Shown: positions 39,326-48,548 of the stretch, in pieces | How positions within the stretch are numbered: the stretch's first letter is position 1 | Layout: each line of letters starts with the position of its first letter | NCBI GenBank assembly: GCA_030425645.1 | Contig: JAUHZK010000009.1 | Location: forward strand, 2,290-66,289 | DNA: 64,000 nucleotides | Source: Gammaproteobacteria bacterium | GTDB taxonomy: Bacteria; Pseudomonadota; Gammaproteobacteria; JAPPPA01 | Direction of reading: 5' to 3' | Notes under the pieces: generated by a model | What the model saw: the letters and a program-made list of their open reading frames with translations, nothing else | What the model was told of the DNA's origin: nothing | The model's database searches: none | Translations under genes and position numbers: made by a program

Positions 39326-40834
39326 ATGATCGACAACCTCACTGACAGCTGGTTCTTTGGAACCTTAGAAGCCCTCTCCATTCTCTTTGTATTTACGTTG
39401 GGCCTAGCGCTACTGGTGATCGTTGGCATGTACATTGCTGACGTCACGCAGAGCAAGCAAGCCATTCGCCGCAACTACCCAGTAGTGGGACGATTTCGAT
39501 ACATCTTTGAACATATGGGCGAATTTTTCCGCCAATACTTCTTTGCCATGGATCGTGAGGAATTACCGTTTAACCGCGCCGAGCGCAGCTGGGTGTACCG
39601 TGCTGCTAAAAATGTCGATTCCACCACTGCGTTTGGCTCCACACGAGACCTACGCCCCACTGGCTCCGTATTTTTTGTGAACTGCCCCTATCCAACACTG
39701 GGTGAAGACGCCGTGCCAACTAAGGCGGTTACGCTTGGCCCTTATTGTGACAAGCCGTATACCACCGACTCGCTAATCAATATCTCAGGCATGAGCTACG
39801 GTGCGCTCTCAATCCCCGCCGTCCGCGCGCTCTCCAACGGCGCTCGCAAAGCCGGCTGCTGGATGAACACCGGTGAAGGCGGTCTCTCTCCTTACCACCT
39901 CGAGGGCGGCGCCGATATTGTCTTCCAAATTGGTACCGCCAAATTTGGCGTGCGAGATTTAGACGGCAATTTATCTGACGAAAAGCTCAAGGAAGTCGCT
40001 GCTCACGAGCAAGTCAAAATGTTTGAGATAAAACTCAGCCAAGGTGCCAAACCGGGTAAAGGCGGTATTCTGCCCGGCGCTAAGGTAACCGAAGAAATTG
40101 CCGGCATTCGCGGCATTCAAGTCGGCGAAGACGCTCTAAGCCCGAATCGCCACCCAGATATCAATAATGCCGACGATCTACTGGCGATGATCGAACGCGT
40201 GCGTAAAACCACCGGCAAACCCGTCGGCTTCAAAACCGTGATTGGCGCTTACGGCTGGTTGGACAATCTATTTGAAGAAATCGCCAAGCGCGGCCCCGAG
40301 TGTGCGCCCGACTTTATTACCGTGGACGGCGCCGACGGTGGCACCGGCGCGGCGCCAACCAGTTTGATCGACTATATGGGCTTACCGCTGCAAGAAAGCC
40401 TGCCGATGCTGGTGGATATGCTTAAACGCCACGGTCTGCGTGACCGCATTAAAGTCATTAGCTCCGGTAAGCTGATCACACCTGCCAATGTCGCTTGGGC
40501 TCTCTGTGTTGGTGCCGACTTTGTCGTCTCGGCGCGTGGTTTTATGTTTTCGCTAGGCTGCATACAAGCCTTACAGTGCAACAAAAATACCTGCCCGACT
40601 GGCATCACCACTCATGACCCTAAATTCCAAAAAGGTCTTAACCCCACTGAGAAGTCAGAACGCGTTGCCAGCTATGTCAAAAACATGAAGTATGAAGTCG
40701 GCATTATTGCTCACTCCTGCGGCGTTAAAGAGCCACGCGGACTAAAACGATTTCATGCGCGAATGGTGACCGCTGACGGCAAATCCGTACCGCTAGACGA
40801 GCTCTACCCAGAAGTTGAGGTTTCTGCGTCATAA
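39326..40834 (+). CDS. FMN-dependent glutamate-synthase-domain protein (GltB domain-2 homolog, PF01645-like) with an N-terminal membrane anchor.
   Basis: The 502-aa product has an N-terminal transmembrane helix (LSILFVFTLGLALLVIVGMYI) and a glutamate-synthase FMN-domain signature (GMSYGALS...NTGEGG...DGADGGTGAAP). Confidence 0.75.
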   Translation: MIDNLTDSWFFGTLEALSILFVFTLGLALLVIVGMYIADVTQSKQAIRRNYPVVGRFRYIFEHMGEFFRQYFFAMDREELPFNRAERSWVYRAAKNVDSTTAFGSTRDLRPTGSVFFVNCPYPTLGEDAVPTKAVTLGPYCDKPYTTDSLINISGMSYGALSIPAVRALSNGARKAGCWMNTGEGGLSPYHLEGGADIVFQIGTAKFGVRDLDGNLSDEKLKEVAAHEQVKMFEIKLSQGAKPGKGGILPGAKVTEEIAGIRGIQVGEDALSPNRHPDINNADDLLAMIERVRKTTGKPVGFKTVIGAYGWLDNLFEEIAKRGPECAPDFITVDGADGGTGAAPTSLIDYMGLPLQESLPMLVDMLKRHGLRDRIKVISSGKLITPANVAWALCVGADFVVSARGFMFSLGCIQALQCNKNTCPTGITTHDPKFQKGLNPTEKSERVASYVKNMKYEVGIIAHSCGVKEPRGLKRFHARMVTADGKSVPLDELYPEVEVSAS

Positions 40835-40870
40835 TCTAAAGCACAAAACTCATTCGTTAGGAGCCAAGCA

Positions 40871-42076
40871 ATGGCCAGCAGCGCCGTTTTCGTTAGCCTC
40901 GTGATTATCGCGCTCTTGTTAGAGCGCTACACCGAGCGTACCCGCCTGCCTTTTAGCATTGTGCTGGTGATTGTCGGCTTTATCGGTTCCGAGATCATCA
41001 CCGGCCTAGGGTTTGATACCGGCCTACGTTGGCATACCTTTGAAGTGCTGATTCTGCATATTCTGGTACCCGTACTGGTATTTGAATCAGCCTACAAACT
41101 GCCACTCAAGCATCTACTACCCAATCTCGGTTTGGTCTTACTGATGGCCATTCCGGGCATGGTGATTGCGGCAGTCATTACTGCCGTGGGTGTTTATTAC
41201 GGTATCGGCCACCCAAGCTTTTTCCCCTTTGCTGCCGCCTTGCTGACGGGGGTGATTGCCTCAGCCACGGATCCCGTTGCCGTGGTCGCCATTTTTACCA
41301 AACTAGGCGTACCCCATCGATTAACCACCTTACTTGAAGGCGAAAGCCTATTTAACGACGCCACCGCCGTGGTCGCCTACACCTTGGTGCTGGCCTTGGC
41401 GCTGATGCCGGGCCAATCCTTAGAACCAATCAGTGCTTCGATCCAGTTCGTGTCCACCTTCGGCGGCGGTATTCTCGCCGGCGCCATTGCTGGTGCTGGC
41501 GGACTACTGATTACCAAGCTCGCTGACGACGATTTACACCAAACCATTGTCGCCCTTTGTGCGGGCATGATGTCTTTCTGGTTAGCTGAGGATTTTGCTC
41601 ATGTATCAGGCATTGTCGCCGTGTTGGTTTGCGCCATCTTTATGGGCGAAGCGCATCGCCGCCATTTGCAAGATCACCAGCAAACGCAGCAAACACTGGA
41701 GCTAGGGGCTTGGATTGCCAACGCCATCGTGTTCTTATTGGTCGGCGTCAGCATCACCTTCGATATGTTCGCCAATCAATGGCTGACCATGTTGATTGCG
41801 ATTGCAGCGGCCATTGCGGCTAGAGCCTTTAATGTTTACTGCATGCTGCCGATCGCCACCACCGTAAAAATTGGCGGTGAGATCCCATTGGCATGGCGAC
41901 ATGTGATTTTCTGGGGCGGGCTCCGCGGTGGTGTTTCGCTGGCCCTAGTGCTGTCAATCCCAGTAGAGGTCGAAGCTTGGTATACGATTCAGGCGGCTGT
42001 TTACGGCGTCGTCTTGTTTAGCTTATTGGTACAAGCAACTACAGCTGAGCCATTAATTAGAAAACTCATTAAATAA
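40871..42076 (+). CDS. Na+/H+ antiporter (CPA1 family).
   Basis: The 401-aa polytopic membrane protein has the conserved TDP motif (ATDPVAVVAIF) of Na_H_Exchanger proteins. Confidence 0.8.
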   Translation: MASSAVFVSLVIIALLLERYTERTRLPFSIVLVIVGFIGSEIITGLGFDTGLRWHTFEVLILHILVPVLVFESAYKLPLKHLLPNLGLVLLMAIPGMVIAAVITAVGVYYGIGHPSFFPFAAALLTGVIASATDPVAVVAIFTKLGVPHRLTTLLEGESLFNDATAVVAYTLVLALALMPGQSLEPISASIQFVSTFGGGILAGAIAGAGGLLITKLADDDLHQTIVALCAGMMSFWLAEDFAHVSGIVAVLVCAIFMGEAHRRHLQDHQQTQQTLELGAWIANAIVFLLVGVSITFDMFANQWLTMLIAIAAAIAARAFNVYCMLPIATTVKIGGEIPLAWRHVIFWGGLRGGVSLALVLSIPVEVEAWYTIQAAVYGVVLFSLLVQATTAEPLIRKLIK

Positions 42077-42084
42077 ACCAAAAG

Positions 42085-42113
42085 CATATAAACAAAAAAG
42101 CCCGCTAACGCGG
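42085..42113. terminator. Bidirectional rho-independent terminator between the antiporter and aminotransferase genes.
   Basis: AAAAAAGCCCGCTAACGCGGGCTTTTTTT: a perfect stem with an A-run on one side and a T-run on the other. Confidence 0.85.
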
Positions 42114-42140
42114 GCTTTTTTTGCTTATGCAGCGATGCTA

Positions 42141-43316
42141 TTAGGCAAATGCGGCAGCCACTGCTGCGCCTTTCTCTACATCAGCACCAAGATCAATCAA
42201 TACTGTCTCTAACGACTCTAAGCAGAAGCGCACATTGGCTTCGGTACAGGCTGAGCCCATTAAGCCAATACGCCAAGCTTTACCGGCAAAGTCACCGAGA
42301 CCAGCGCCAATTTCTAGGTTGTAATCAGCTAGCAAACGACCGCGCACAGTAGCGTCATCGATACCTTCAGGAATCATCACTGTGTTCAGCTGAGCCAAGC
42401 GCTCACCTACCGGCGGCACTACGGTTAAACCAAGCACAGTAAGGCCAGCAATCAACTTCTCATGTAAGTCTTGATGGCGCGCCCAAGCATTCTCTAGACC
42501 TTCTTCTTTCAGCATCAGTAGCGATTCATGGAAAGCATAAAGGTCATTCACCGGTGCGGTATGGTGATAAGCACGCTTGGCGCCAGTACCCCAGTAGGCA
42601 GTCACAAGATTTAAGTCCAAGAACCAGCTTTGGACCTTAGTGGCACGATTATTCGCTTTTGCTAAGGCGCGTTCGCTAAAGGTCACAGGCGAGATACCAG
42701 GAATGCAAGACAAGCACTTTTGGGTGCCTGAATAGACCGCATCTAAGCCCCATTCATCGACACGCAACTCACTTCCACCTAGAGACGTCACGGTATCAAC
42801 GATGGTTAGGCAGTCGTGCTGACGCGCTAGTGCAGCAATGGCTTTGGCGTCTGATACAGCACCGGTAGAAGTTTCAGCGTGTACAAAAGCGACAATTTTG
42901 GCGTCTGGGTTAGCTTCCAAAGCGGCTTTCACTTTTTCCACATCGACCGCACGGCCCCAAGGGTCGTCAACCATCACGGCGGTACCGCCACAGCGCTCTA
43001 CGTTCTCCAGCATACGGCCACCAAAGACGCCGTTGCGGCAGACAATCACTTTGTCACCCGGTTCAACCAAGTTCACAAAGCAAGTTTCCATACCGGCAGA
43101 GCCAGGCGCTGAAACCGGCATGGTCAAGGCATTTTCGGTTTGGAATGCGTACTGCAACAGCTCTTTAATCTCGTCCATCAAACGGATGAACTCAGGATCC
43201 AAATGACCAATGGTTGGACGTGACAAAGCGTCCAATACCCGTTGAGAGACATCAGACGGACCCGGGCCCATTAAGGTGCGTAAAGGAGGAAGAAATTGAC
43301 CTTGTGCCATGCGCAT
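42141..43316 (-). CDS. Class V aminotransferase (serine-pyruvate / alanine-glyoxylate aminotransferase family).
   Basis: The 391-aa product has an AGXT-like N-terminus (LMGPGPSDVSQRVLDAL) and a PLP-lysine region (SGTQKCLSCIPG). Confidence 0.8.
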   Translation of the reverse strand: MRMAQGQFLPPLRTLMGPGPSDVSQRVLDALSRPTIGHLDPEFIRLMDEIKELLQYAFQTENALTMPVSAPGSAGMETCFVNLVEPGDKVIVCRNGVFGGRMLENVERCGGTAVMVDDPWGRAVDVEKVKAALEANPDAKIVAFVHAETSTGAVSDAKAIAALARQHDCLTIVDTVTSLGGSELRVDEWGLDAVYSGTQKCLSCIPGISPVTFSERALAKANNRATKVQSWFLDLNLVTAYWGTGAKRAYHHTAPVNDLYAFHESLLMLKEEGLENAWARHQDLHEKLIAGLTVLGLTVVPPVGERLAQLNTVMIPEGIDDATVRGRLLADYNLEIGAGLGDFAGKAWRIGLMGSACTEANVRFCLESLETVLIDLGADVEKGAAVAAAFA

Positions 43317-43441
43317 TCACCGAAACTATTCGTAAAAAAATCAGCGCGCGATATTACAAGATTCGCGTTGAGCTGTCTGCGTTAACGGTTACCTACGTTA
43401 TACTGCGCCGCATTCTGATCAATCTATAAACGAGGTTTGGT

Positions 43442-44221
43442 ATGGGTTTTCTAAGCGGCAAGCGTGCCCTGATTGTTGGCGTGGCTAGCAAGCGATCTAT
43501 CGCTTGGGCGATTGCAGAGTCATTTGCTGAGCAAGGTGCCGAGTTGGCATTTACCTACCAAAACGACAAGCTTAAAAGCCGAGTTGACGAAATTGCCGAA
43601 CAAACCGGCTCGAGTATTAATATCGAGTTAGACGTAGCCAGTGATGCCAGCATTGAGAGCTGCTTTGCAGAGCTAAAAAACCATTGGGATGAATTCGATA
43701 TTCTGGTGCATTCAGTGGGTTTTGCCCCGCGCGAGGCACTGGCAGGACGCTTCTTAGAAGCCACTGATCGTGAATCTTGGAGCATTGCGCAAGACATTAG
43801 CGCTTACAGCCTAACCGCGCTATCACGAGCTGCTTATCCGTTTATGAAAGAACGCCAAGGTTCGGTACTGACCTTGAGCTATTTGGGCGCAGTTCGATCA
43901 GTCAAGAATTACAACCTAATGGGCCCAGCCAAGGCCGCACTAGAAAGCAGCGTACGCTTTTTAGCCGCCGACCTTGGTGGCGAAGGTATTCGCGTTAACG
44001 CAATTTCGGCGGGCCCAATCAAAACGCTCGCCGCATCTGGTGTTGCCGGCTTTCGCGAGATGCTAAACGGCTATGCCGAAATGGCACCATTAAAGCGTAA
44101 TATCACCGCCGCAGAAGTAGGTAACGCCTCGGCATTCCTCTGCTCTGATTTGGCTAGTGGTATTACCGGTCAGGTACTGTACGTAGACGCAGGGTTTAAT
44201 ATCACAGGCTTTGCCGGCTAA
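43442..44221 (+). CDS. fabI: Enoyl-[acyl-carrier-protein] reductase (NADH), FabI.
   Basis: The product starts [39 protein letters not shown]. The catalytic Tyr/Lys region ([24 protein letters not shown]) is present. Confidence 0.93.
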   Translation: MGFLSGKRALIVGVASKRSIAWAIAESFAEQGAELAFTYQNDKLKSRVDEIAEQTGSSINIELDVASDASIESCFAELKNHWDEFDILVHSVGFAPREALAGRFLEATDRESWSIAQDISAYSLTALSRAAYPFMKERQGSVLTLSYLGAVRSVKNYNLMGPAKAALESSVRFLAADLGGEGIRVNAISAGPIKTLAASGVAGFREMLNGYAEMAPLKRNITAAEVGNASAFLCSDLASGITGQVLYVDAGFNITGFAG

Positions 44222-44244
44222 GCCCAGTACTGCAAGACAAAAAA

Positions 44245-44276
44245 GGCCGCCGAGTGGAAGCTCAGCGGCCTTTTTT
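44245..44276. terminator. Bidirectional terminator between fabI and the symporter gene.
   Basis: GGCCGCCGAG...CTCAGCGGCC stem followed by TTTTTTAT, with an A-run upstream. Confidence 0.75.
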
Positions 44277-44296
44277 ATATCTTCAGCAGCCAAGGC

Positions 44297-45538
44297 CTAT
44301 ACCAAGTTCGTTTGCTCGCCTTCTTTGCGGGCAATAATGACCGCACCGCAAGAGTCTGAAAACACGTTGACCGCGGTACGGCACATATCTAATACACGGT
44401 CGACCACGAGAATAAGCCCGACACCTTCTAGCGGCAAACCCAAGCTGCTCAGAATGACCGAGATCGCGACTAGGCTGGCCGAAGGGATGCCAGCCACGCC
44501 AATCGAGGTTAGCAACGCCAGCACCACCACACTGATTTGCTGCGCAATGCTCAAGTCTATGCCGTATAGCTGCGCCACAAAAATCACCACCACGCACTCG
44601 TACAAGGCCGTGCCGTCCATATTCACGGTGGCTCCCAGCGGCAATACAAAGCTAGTGGTATTGCGCGAGACACCGCCACGCTCGTTAACACACTCCATTG
44701 TGACTGGCAGCGTCGAGGCACTTGAAGACGTAGAAAACGCCGTCAGTAGCGCCGGCGACATGGCTTTAAAATGCTTCAGTGGACTCACACCACCCACCAG
44801 CTTTAACAACAGCGGCATGGTGACAACGGTATGAGTGAGTAGCGCTAACAGCACCACGGTGGTAAATACCGCCAAAGCCGCAAATTGGCTAAATCCGGTA
44901 TCAGCGATGACTTTGGCGACAAGACCAAAGACACCAATGGGCGCAAAACGCATGACTAGGTTGGTCATACCCACCATCACCTCAGAAACGCCCTGCCAAA
45001 AACTCCGCTGAGTCGCTTTGAGCGCTTCTGGCAATGACAACACCATCGCCCCAAACAGCAAACTAAAGGTAATGAGTCCGAGCATTTCGCCATTAGCCGC
45101 TGCTGCGACAATATTGGTCGGCAACATGCGCAGGAAGATTTCCATGATATCGCCAGCACCACGCCCCTCGACTTTGGCTGCAAAGCCCGCGTCAATCACC
45201 TCCGGTGGAGGCGGCGCATAACTGCCTGGGTTGAGCAGGTTCACAAACAGTAAACCAACAAACACCGCAAAAGCCGTAGTCGTTAGGTAATAGAGCAACG
45301 TTTTGCCGCCCAGCCTACCCAAAGCCTGCGGCGTGCCGATGCCCATCACGCCGGTAATAATTGACGCCACAATAAGCGGCACAATCAGCATTTTTAAGGC
45401 ATTCAAAAACAGCTTGCCGATAAAGCCAAAGCCTTCCCAGGGGCCAATAAAGGTTCCGGCCAATACCGCCAGCACCAATGCCAATAATATTTGTTGGTAT
45501 AGCGGCCAACGCCAAGGGGAGCTCATAGGAATCTCCAA
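44297..45538 (-). CDS. Dicarboxylate / amino-acid:cation symporter (DAACS/SDF family; GltP/DctA-like).
   Basis: The 413-aa polytopic protein has SDF-family motifs (FFVAQLYGIDLS, ASLVAISVILSSLGLPLEGVGLILVVDRVLDM). Confidence 0.85.
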   Translation of the reverse strand: MEIPMSSPWRWPLYQQILLALVLAVLAGTFIGPWEGFGFIGKLFLNALKMLIVPLIVASIITGVMGIGTPQALGRLGGKTLLYYLTTTAFAVFVGLLFVNLLNPGSYAPPPPEVIDAGFAAKVEGRGAGDIMEIFLRMLPTNIVAAAANGEMLGLITFSLLFGAMVLSLPEALKATQRSFWQGVSEVMVGMTNLVMRFAPIGVFGLVAKVIADTGFSQFAALAVFTTVVLLALLTHTVVTMPLLLKLVGGVSPLKHFKAMSPALLTAFSTSSSASTLPVTMECVNERGGVSRNTTSFVLPLGATVNMDGTALYECVVVIFVAQLYGIDLSIAQQISVVVLALLTSIGVAGIPSASLVAISVILSSLGLPLEGVGLILVVDRVLDMCRTAVNVFSDSCGAVIIARKEGEQTNLV

Positions 45539-45624
45539 CTCAATAAGGGTGATAAAACAAAAAAGGCCGCAGCAATTGAATTGCCACGGCCTTTATAAAC
45601 AGCAACGCTGTTCAAATCAGTCGC

Positions 45625-47517
45625 CTACAGGCGGTTGGTATGCAACGTTACGTCAGTGTTCTCACGAATGTCACGCAAGGTAGCAAACAGCTCAGCACGA
45701 CCACGTTGCGCCTCTAGCTGGTTTCTCAAAGAAGCCAGTTCGGCAGCAGCGGAGTCAGCTTCGCTATCCGCTTCAGTGACGGCAGATAGCTGGTAAACCA
45801 CCACATCGCCGTTCACCAGCTCGGTCAAGCCAGCTTCCAACTCACCGTCTTTTGGTCTTGGTAGCGCAAACACATCACGCACGGCGGCAGCATTCATCGC
45901 CGAGCTCGAACGCTTGATGGCGCCAAGGTCAGTAGCTTCTAAATCTTTCTCTTTAGCCGCATCCGCTAGCACCGTACCGTCGTCAAGGGCATCAAGTAAT
46001 CCTTCCGCCAACTCTTGAGCTTGTTCCTGAGCACGCTTGTTTTTCAACAGCTGCTCAATGTCGTCACTAACACTGGCTAAACTCTTCTGCACCGCAGGCT
46101 CATGGCCTAGTTTGCGCACAACAACGGCACGCTCATCACCTAATTCAATCACTTCAGAGTTTTCGTTGTCATCTAGCACGGTGCTGCTAAATGCAGCATC
46201 TCTGACACGGTCACTAACCGATACGCCAGTGCCCCGCTCACGAGTAAACCAACCGCTAACGCGCACATTGAGCTCTAACTCATCGGCGGTACTTTGTAGG
46301 TCTTCAGGGTTTTCGTAGCTAAGCTCTGAGAGCTGTTCCAACATATCAACATAGAGCGTTTCAGCACGCTCATTGCGCAGGTTGGTTTCAATCTCAGCCG
46401 AGGCTTCAGCCAGCGTTTGACCTTGTTCATCTTGAATTTCATCCAGCTGAATCAGGTGCACACCAAATTGGGTTTCGACAATGCCAGAAAGGTCGCCGGC
46501 TGTATCCAAGTCGAACAATGCGTCTTCGAAAGGCTTCACCATAACGCCGCGGCCAACCCAACCTAGGTCGCCACCCTCAACAGCAGAACCCGGATCATCA
46601 GAATTACTTTTCGCCAATTCAGCAAAATCTTCACCTGCTTCAATGCGAGCTTTTAGCGCCTTAAGCTTTTCTTTGGCAACGTCGTCACCATCGCCTGCGA
46701 TCAGGATATGGCGAGCGCGGCGCTGCTCTGGCGTCACGTAGCGTTCTTTGTCCTCTTCGTAACGACTAGCGATGTCTTCTTCGCTGACCTCAACACGGTT
46801 AGTCAGGTCCGCTAGAGTCAGCTCAACGTAGTTCACGCGAACGCGCTCTTCCGAGTAAAAATCTTCTGAGTGGTCTTCGTACCAATCCTTGATGTCTTCT
46901 TCAGACACCTCAATACCGGCACTCAAGTCAGCCGCTTTAATCGTTACCGCCGCGACTTCACGCGCTTGGTTCTGCAGCTTCCACAAGCGAACCACTTCGG
47001 CCTCACTAACGGCGCTGCTCTCTGATAGAGCCGTTTGTAGCTGTCCGACACGTAGGCTACGACGTAAGCTTTCCTCGTAGGTGGCGGCGTCCATTCCTAG
47101 AGCCGCTAACAGCTGGCCGTAACGTGACTGAGAAAATTGGCCGTCTTGTTGCAAGTAAGGGTTATTGCGCAGCGCCTCAACTAATTTCTCGTCAGAGATG
47201 TTGTAGCCACTTTTTAACACATGCTGGGTCAACGACTCACGGCTAACCATGCCTTCTAACACTTGTAGCTTCAGCGCTTGTTGGTCAATTAGGTCAGCGG
47301 CGTTTCCTAGGCGACGTTGCTCAGCCTGAAAACGTGACTGATAAGCTTGCTGGAAATCTCGCTGGCTAATTTCACCGCCATCAACGTCAGCTACCACCAC
47401 TTCACCACCGCCGGTGAAATAAGAGGTCACGCCCCAAAAAGCAAATGGCACACAAATAACGCCAATAATCAGAGCCGAAACCCAGCCCTGAATCCCGTCG
47501 CGAATAGACTGCAACAT
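45625..47517 (-). CDS. ppiD: Periplasmic chaperone / peptidyl-prolyl isomerase PpiD.
   Basis: The product starts MLQSIRDGIQGWVSALIIGVICVPFAFWGV, a transmembrane anchor. A central parvulin-like domain is present. The gene lies downstream of hupB, as in the lon-hupB-ppiD locus. Confidence 0.88.
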   Translation of the reverse strand: MLQSIRDGIQGWVSALIIGVICVPFAFWGVTSYFTGGGEVVVADVDGGEISQRDFQQAYQSRFQAEQRRLGNAADLIDQQALKLQVLEGMVSRESLTQHVLKSGYNISDEKLVEALRNNPYLQQDGQFSQSRYGQLLAALGMDAATYEESLRRSLRVGQLQTALSESSAVSEAEVVRLWKLQNQAREVAAVTIKAADLSAGIEVSEEDIKDWYEDHSEDFYSEERVRVNYVELTLADLTNRVEVSEEDIASRYEEDKERYVTPEQRRARHILIAGDGDDVAKEKLKALKARIEAGEDFAELAKSNSDDPGSAVEGGDLGWVGRGVMVKPFEDALFDLDTAGDLSGIVETQFGVHLIQLDEIQDEQGQTLAEASAEIETNLRNERAETLYVDMLEQLSELSYENPEDLQSTADELELNVRVSGWFTRERGTGVSVSDRVRDAAFSSTVLDDNENSEVIELGDERAVVVRKLGHEPAVQKSLASVSDDIEQLLKNKRAQEQAQELAEGLLDALDDGTVLADAAKEKDLEATDLGAIKRSSSAMNAAAVRDVFALPRPKDGELEAGLTELVNGDVVVYQLSAVTEADSEADSAAAELASLRNQLEAQRGRAELFATLRDIRENTDVTLHTNRL

Positions 47518-47627
47518 AGAATCCGTCTTCCTCAAAAGAGTCTGTTATGTAATCACCCCATTGTAGCGCGGGCAGGCCGCCTACAAACCAGTAGATGGGA
47601 GCTTAAAGGGGTTTTAGGCAAAAAAAA

Positions 47628-47655
47628 AGCACTCTGGTAAAAGAGTGCTTTTTTA
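47628..47655 (-). terminator. Terminator downstream of the tRNA-Val / tRNA-Asp pair.
   Basis: AGCACTCT...AGAGTGCT stem flanked by A9 on one side and T6 on the other. Confidence 0.7.
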
Positions 47656-47662
47656 GATGTAG

Positions 47663-47739
47663 TGGCGGACCGGACGAGACTCGAACTCGCGACCCCCGGC
47701 GTGACAGGCCGGTATTCTAACCAACTGAACTACCGGTCC
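47663..47739 (-). tRNA. tRNA-Asp (anticodon GTC).
   Basis: The reverse complement GGACCGGTAGTTCAGTTGGTTAGAATACCGGCCTGTCACGCCGGGGGTCGCGAGTTCGAGTCTCGTCCGGTCCGCCA folds as a cloverleaf. The anticodon loop is CTGTCAC and CCA is encoded. It is near-identical to E. coli tRNA-Asp. Confidence 0.95.
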
Positions 47740-47754
47740 ACCGATGCGACGATT

Positions 47755-47830
47755 TGGTGGGCGCTGCAGGGATCGAACCTGCGACCCTCGCCTTGTAAGG
47801 GCGATGCTCTCCCAGCTGAGCTAAGCGCCC
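47755..47830 (-). tRNA. tRNA-Val (anticodon TAC).
   Basis: The reverse complement GGGCGCTTAGCTCAGCTGGGAGAGCATCGCCCTTACAAGGCGAGGGTCGCAGGTTCGATCCCTGCAGCGCCCACCA has the anticodon loop CTTACAA and an encoded CCA. Confidence 0.95.
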
Positions 47831-47974
47831 AATCTCGTCGACGGCGCGCATTATAACCGCAGTTGCGATGCTGGCAAGAGCCGTTTGTGCTTTTTTTTAA
47901 AATATTTACTCGGTACCACACTGATTGTTTATTTTTCAGTCAGTTGATTCCCGCTAACGATTTTCTGGCGGCCA

Positions 47975-48010
47975 TAAAAAAGGCCGCGTTATTACTAACG
48001 CGGCCTTTTC
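47975..48010 (-). terminator. Rho-independent terminator of hupB.
   Basis: GGCCGCGTT...AACGCGGCC stem with a T-run on the minus strand (A-run on the plus strand at 47975-47981). Confidence 0.8.
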
Positions 48011-48031
48011 AAAAACGAAGTTAATCTAAAA

Positions 48032-48304
48032 TTAGTTAACAGCGTCTTTTAGTGCTTTACCCGCTTTAAACGCAGGAACTTTGCTCGCTGCAATTTGCAA
48101 TACAGCGCCAGTCTTAGGGTTGCGGCCAGTGCGTGCAGCACGGTCACGTACCAAGAAAGTACCAAAGCCTACTAGCGTTACGCTGTCACCAGCTTTTAGG
48201 GCGCCAGAAACGGTGTCTACCAATGCATCAACTGCACGGCCAGCGTCGGCTTTAGAAAGGTCTGCACCAGTTGCAACTGCATCGATTAGTTCTGATTTAT
48301 TCAT
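48032..48304 (-). CDS. hupB: DNA-binding protein HU-beta.
   Basis: The product starts [50 protein letters not shown] and has the HU arm RNPKTG. Confidence 0.95.
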   Translation of the reverse strand: MNKSELIDAVATGADLSKADAGRAVDALVDTVSGALKAGDSVTLVGFGTFLVRDRAARTGRNPKTGAVLQIAASKVPAFKAGKALKDAVN

Positions 48305-48548
48305 TTGAGTATTTACTCCTCGGGTTCAGGGTTCCGGTCACTTCTTTTACCACGACTAGGGACCAATCTAATCGCGGCTTATTGTTTAGGCGATGGGCTA
48401 CTGCCTACTTGCCAGGCGCACCAGTTAGATCACTTAGGACCAAAGATCATCTCGGATCAATCATCTGGTGCTGTCGCTGTCGACCTAAGTTTTATACCAA
48501 TGCGGTTTCCGGCAAGTCTACAACTATTATTGAACAATTTGTGATGGC

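Noticed and set aside
47662-47921. Two short ORFs (47662-47856 on the plus strand, 47730-47921 on the minus strand) overlapping tRNA-Asp and tRNA-Val.
   Set aside because: They coincide with two canonical tRNA cloverleaves and are chance open frames.
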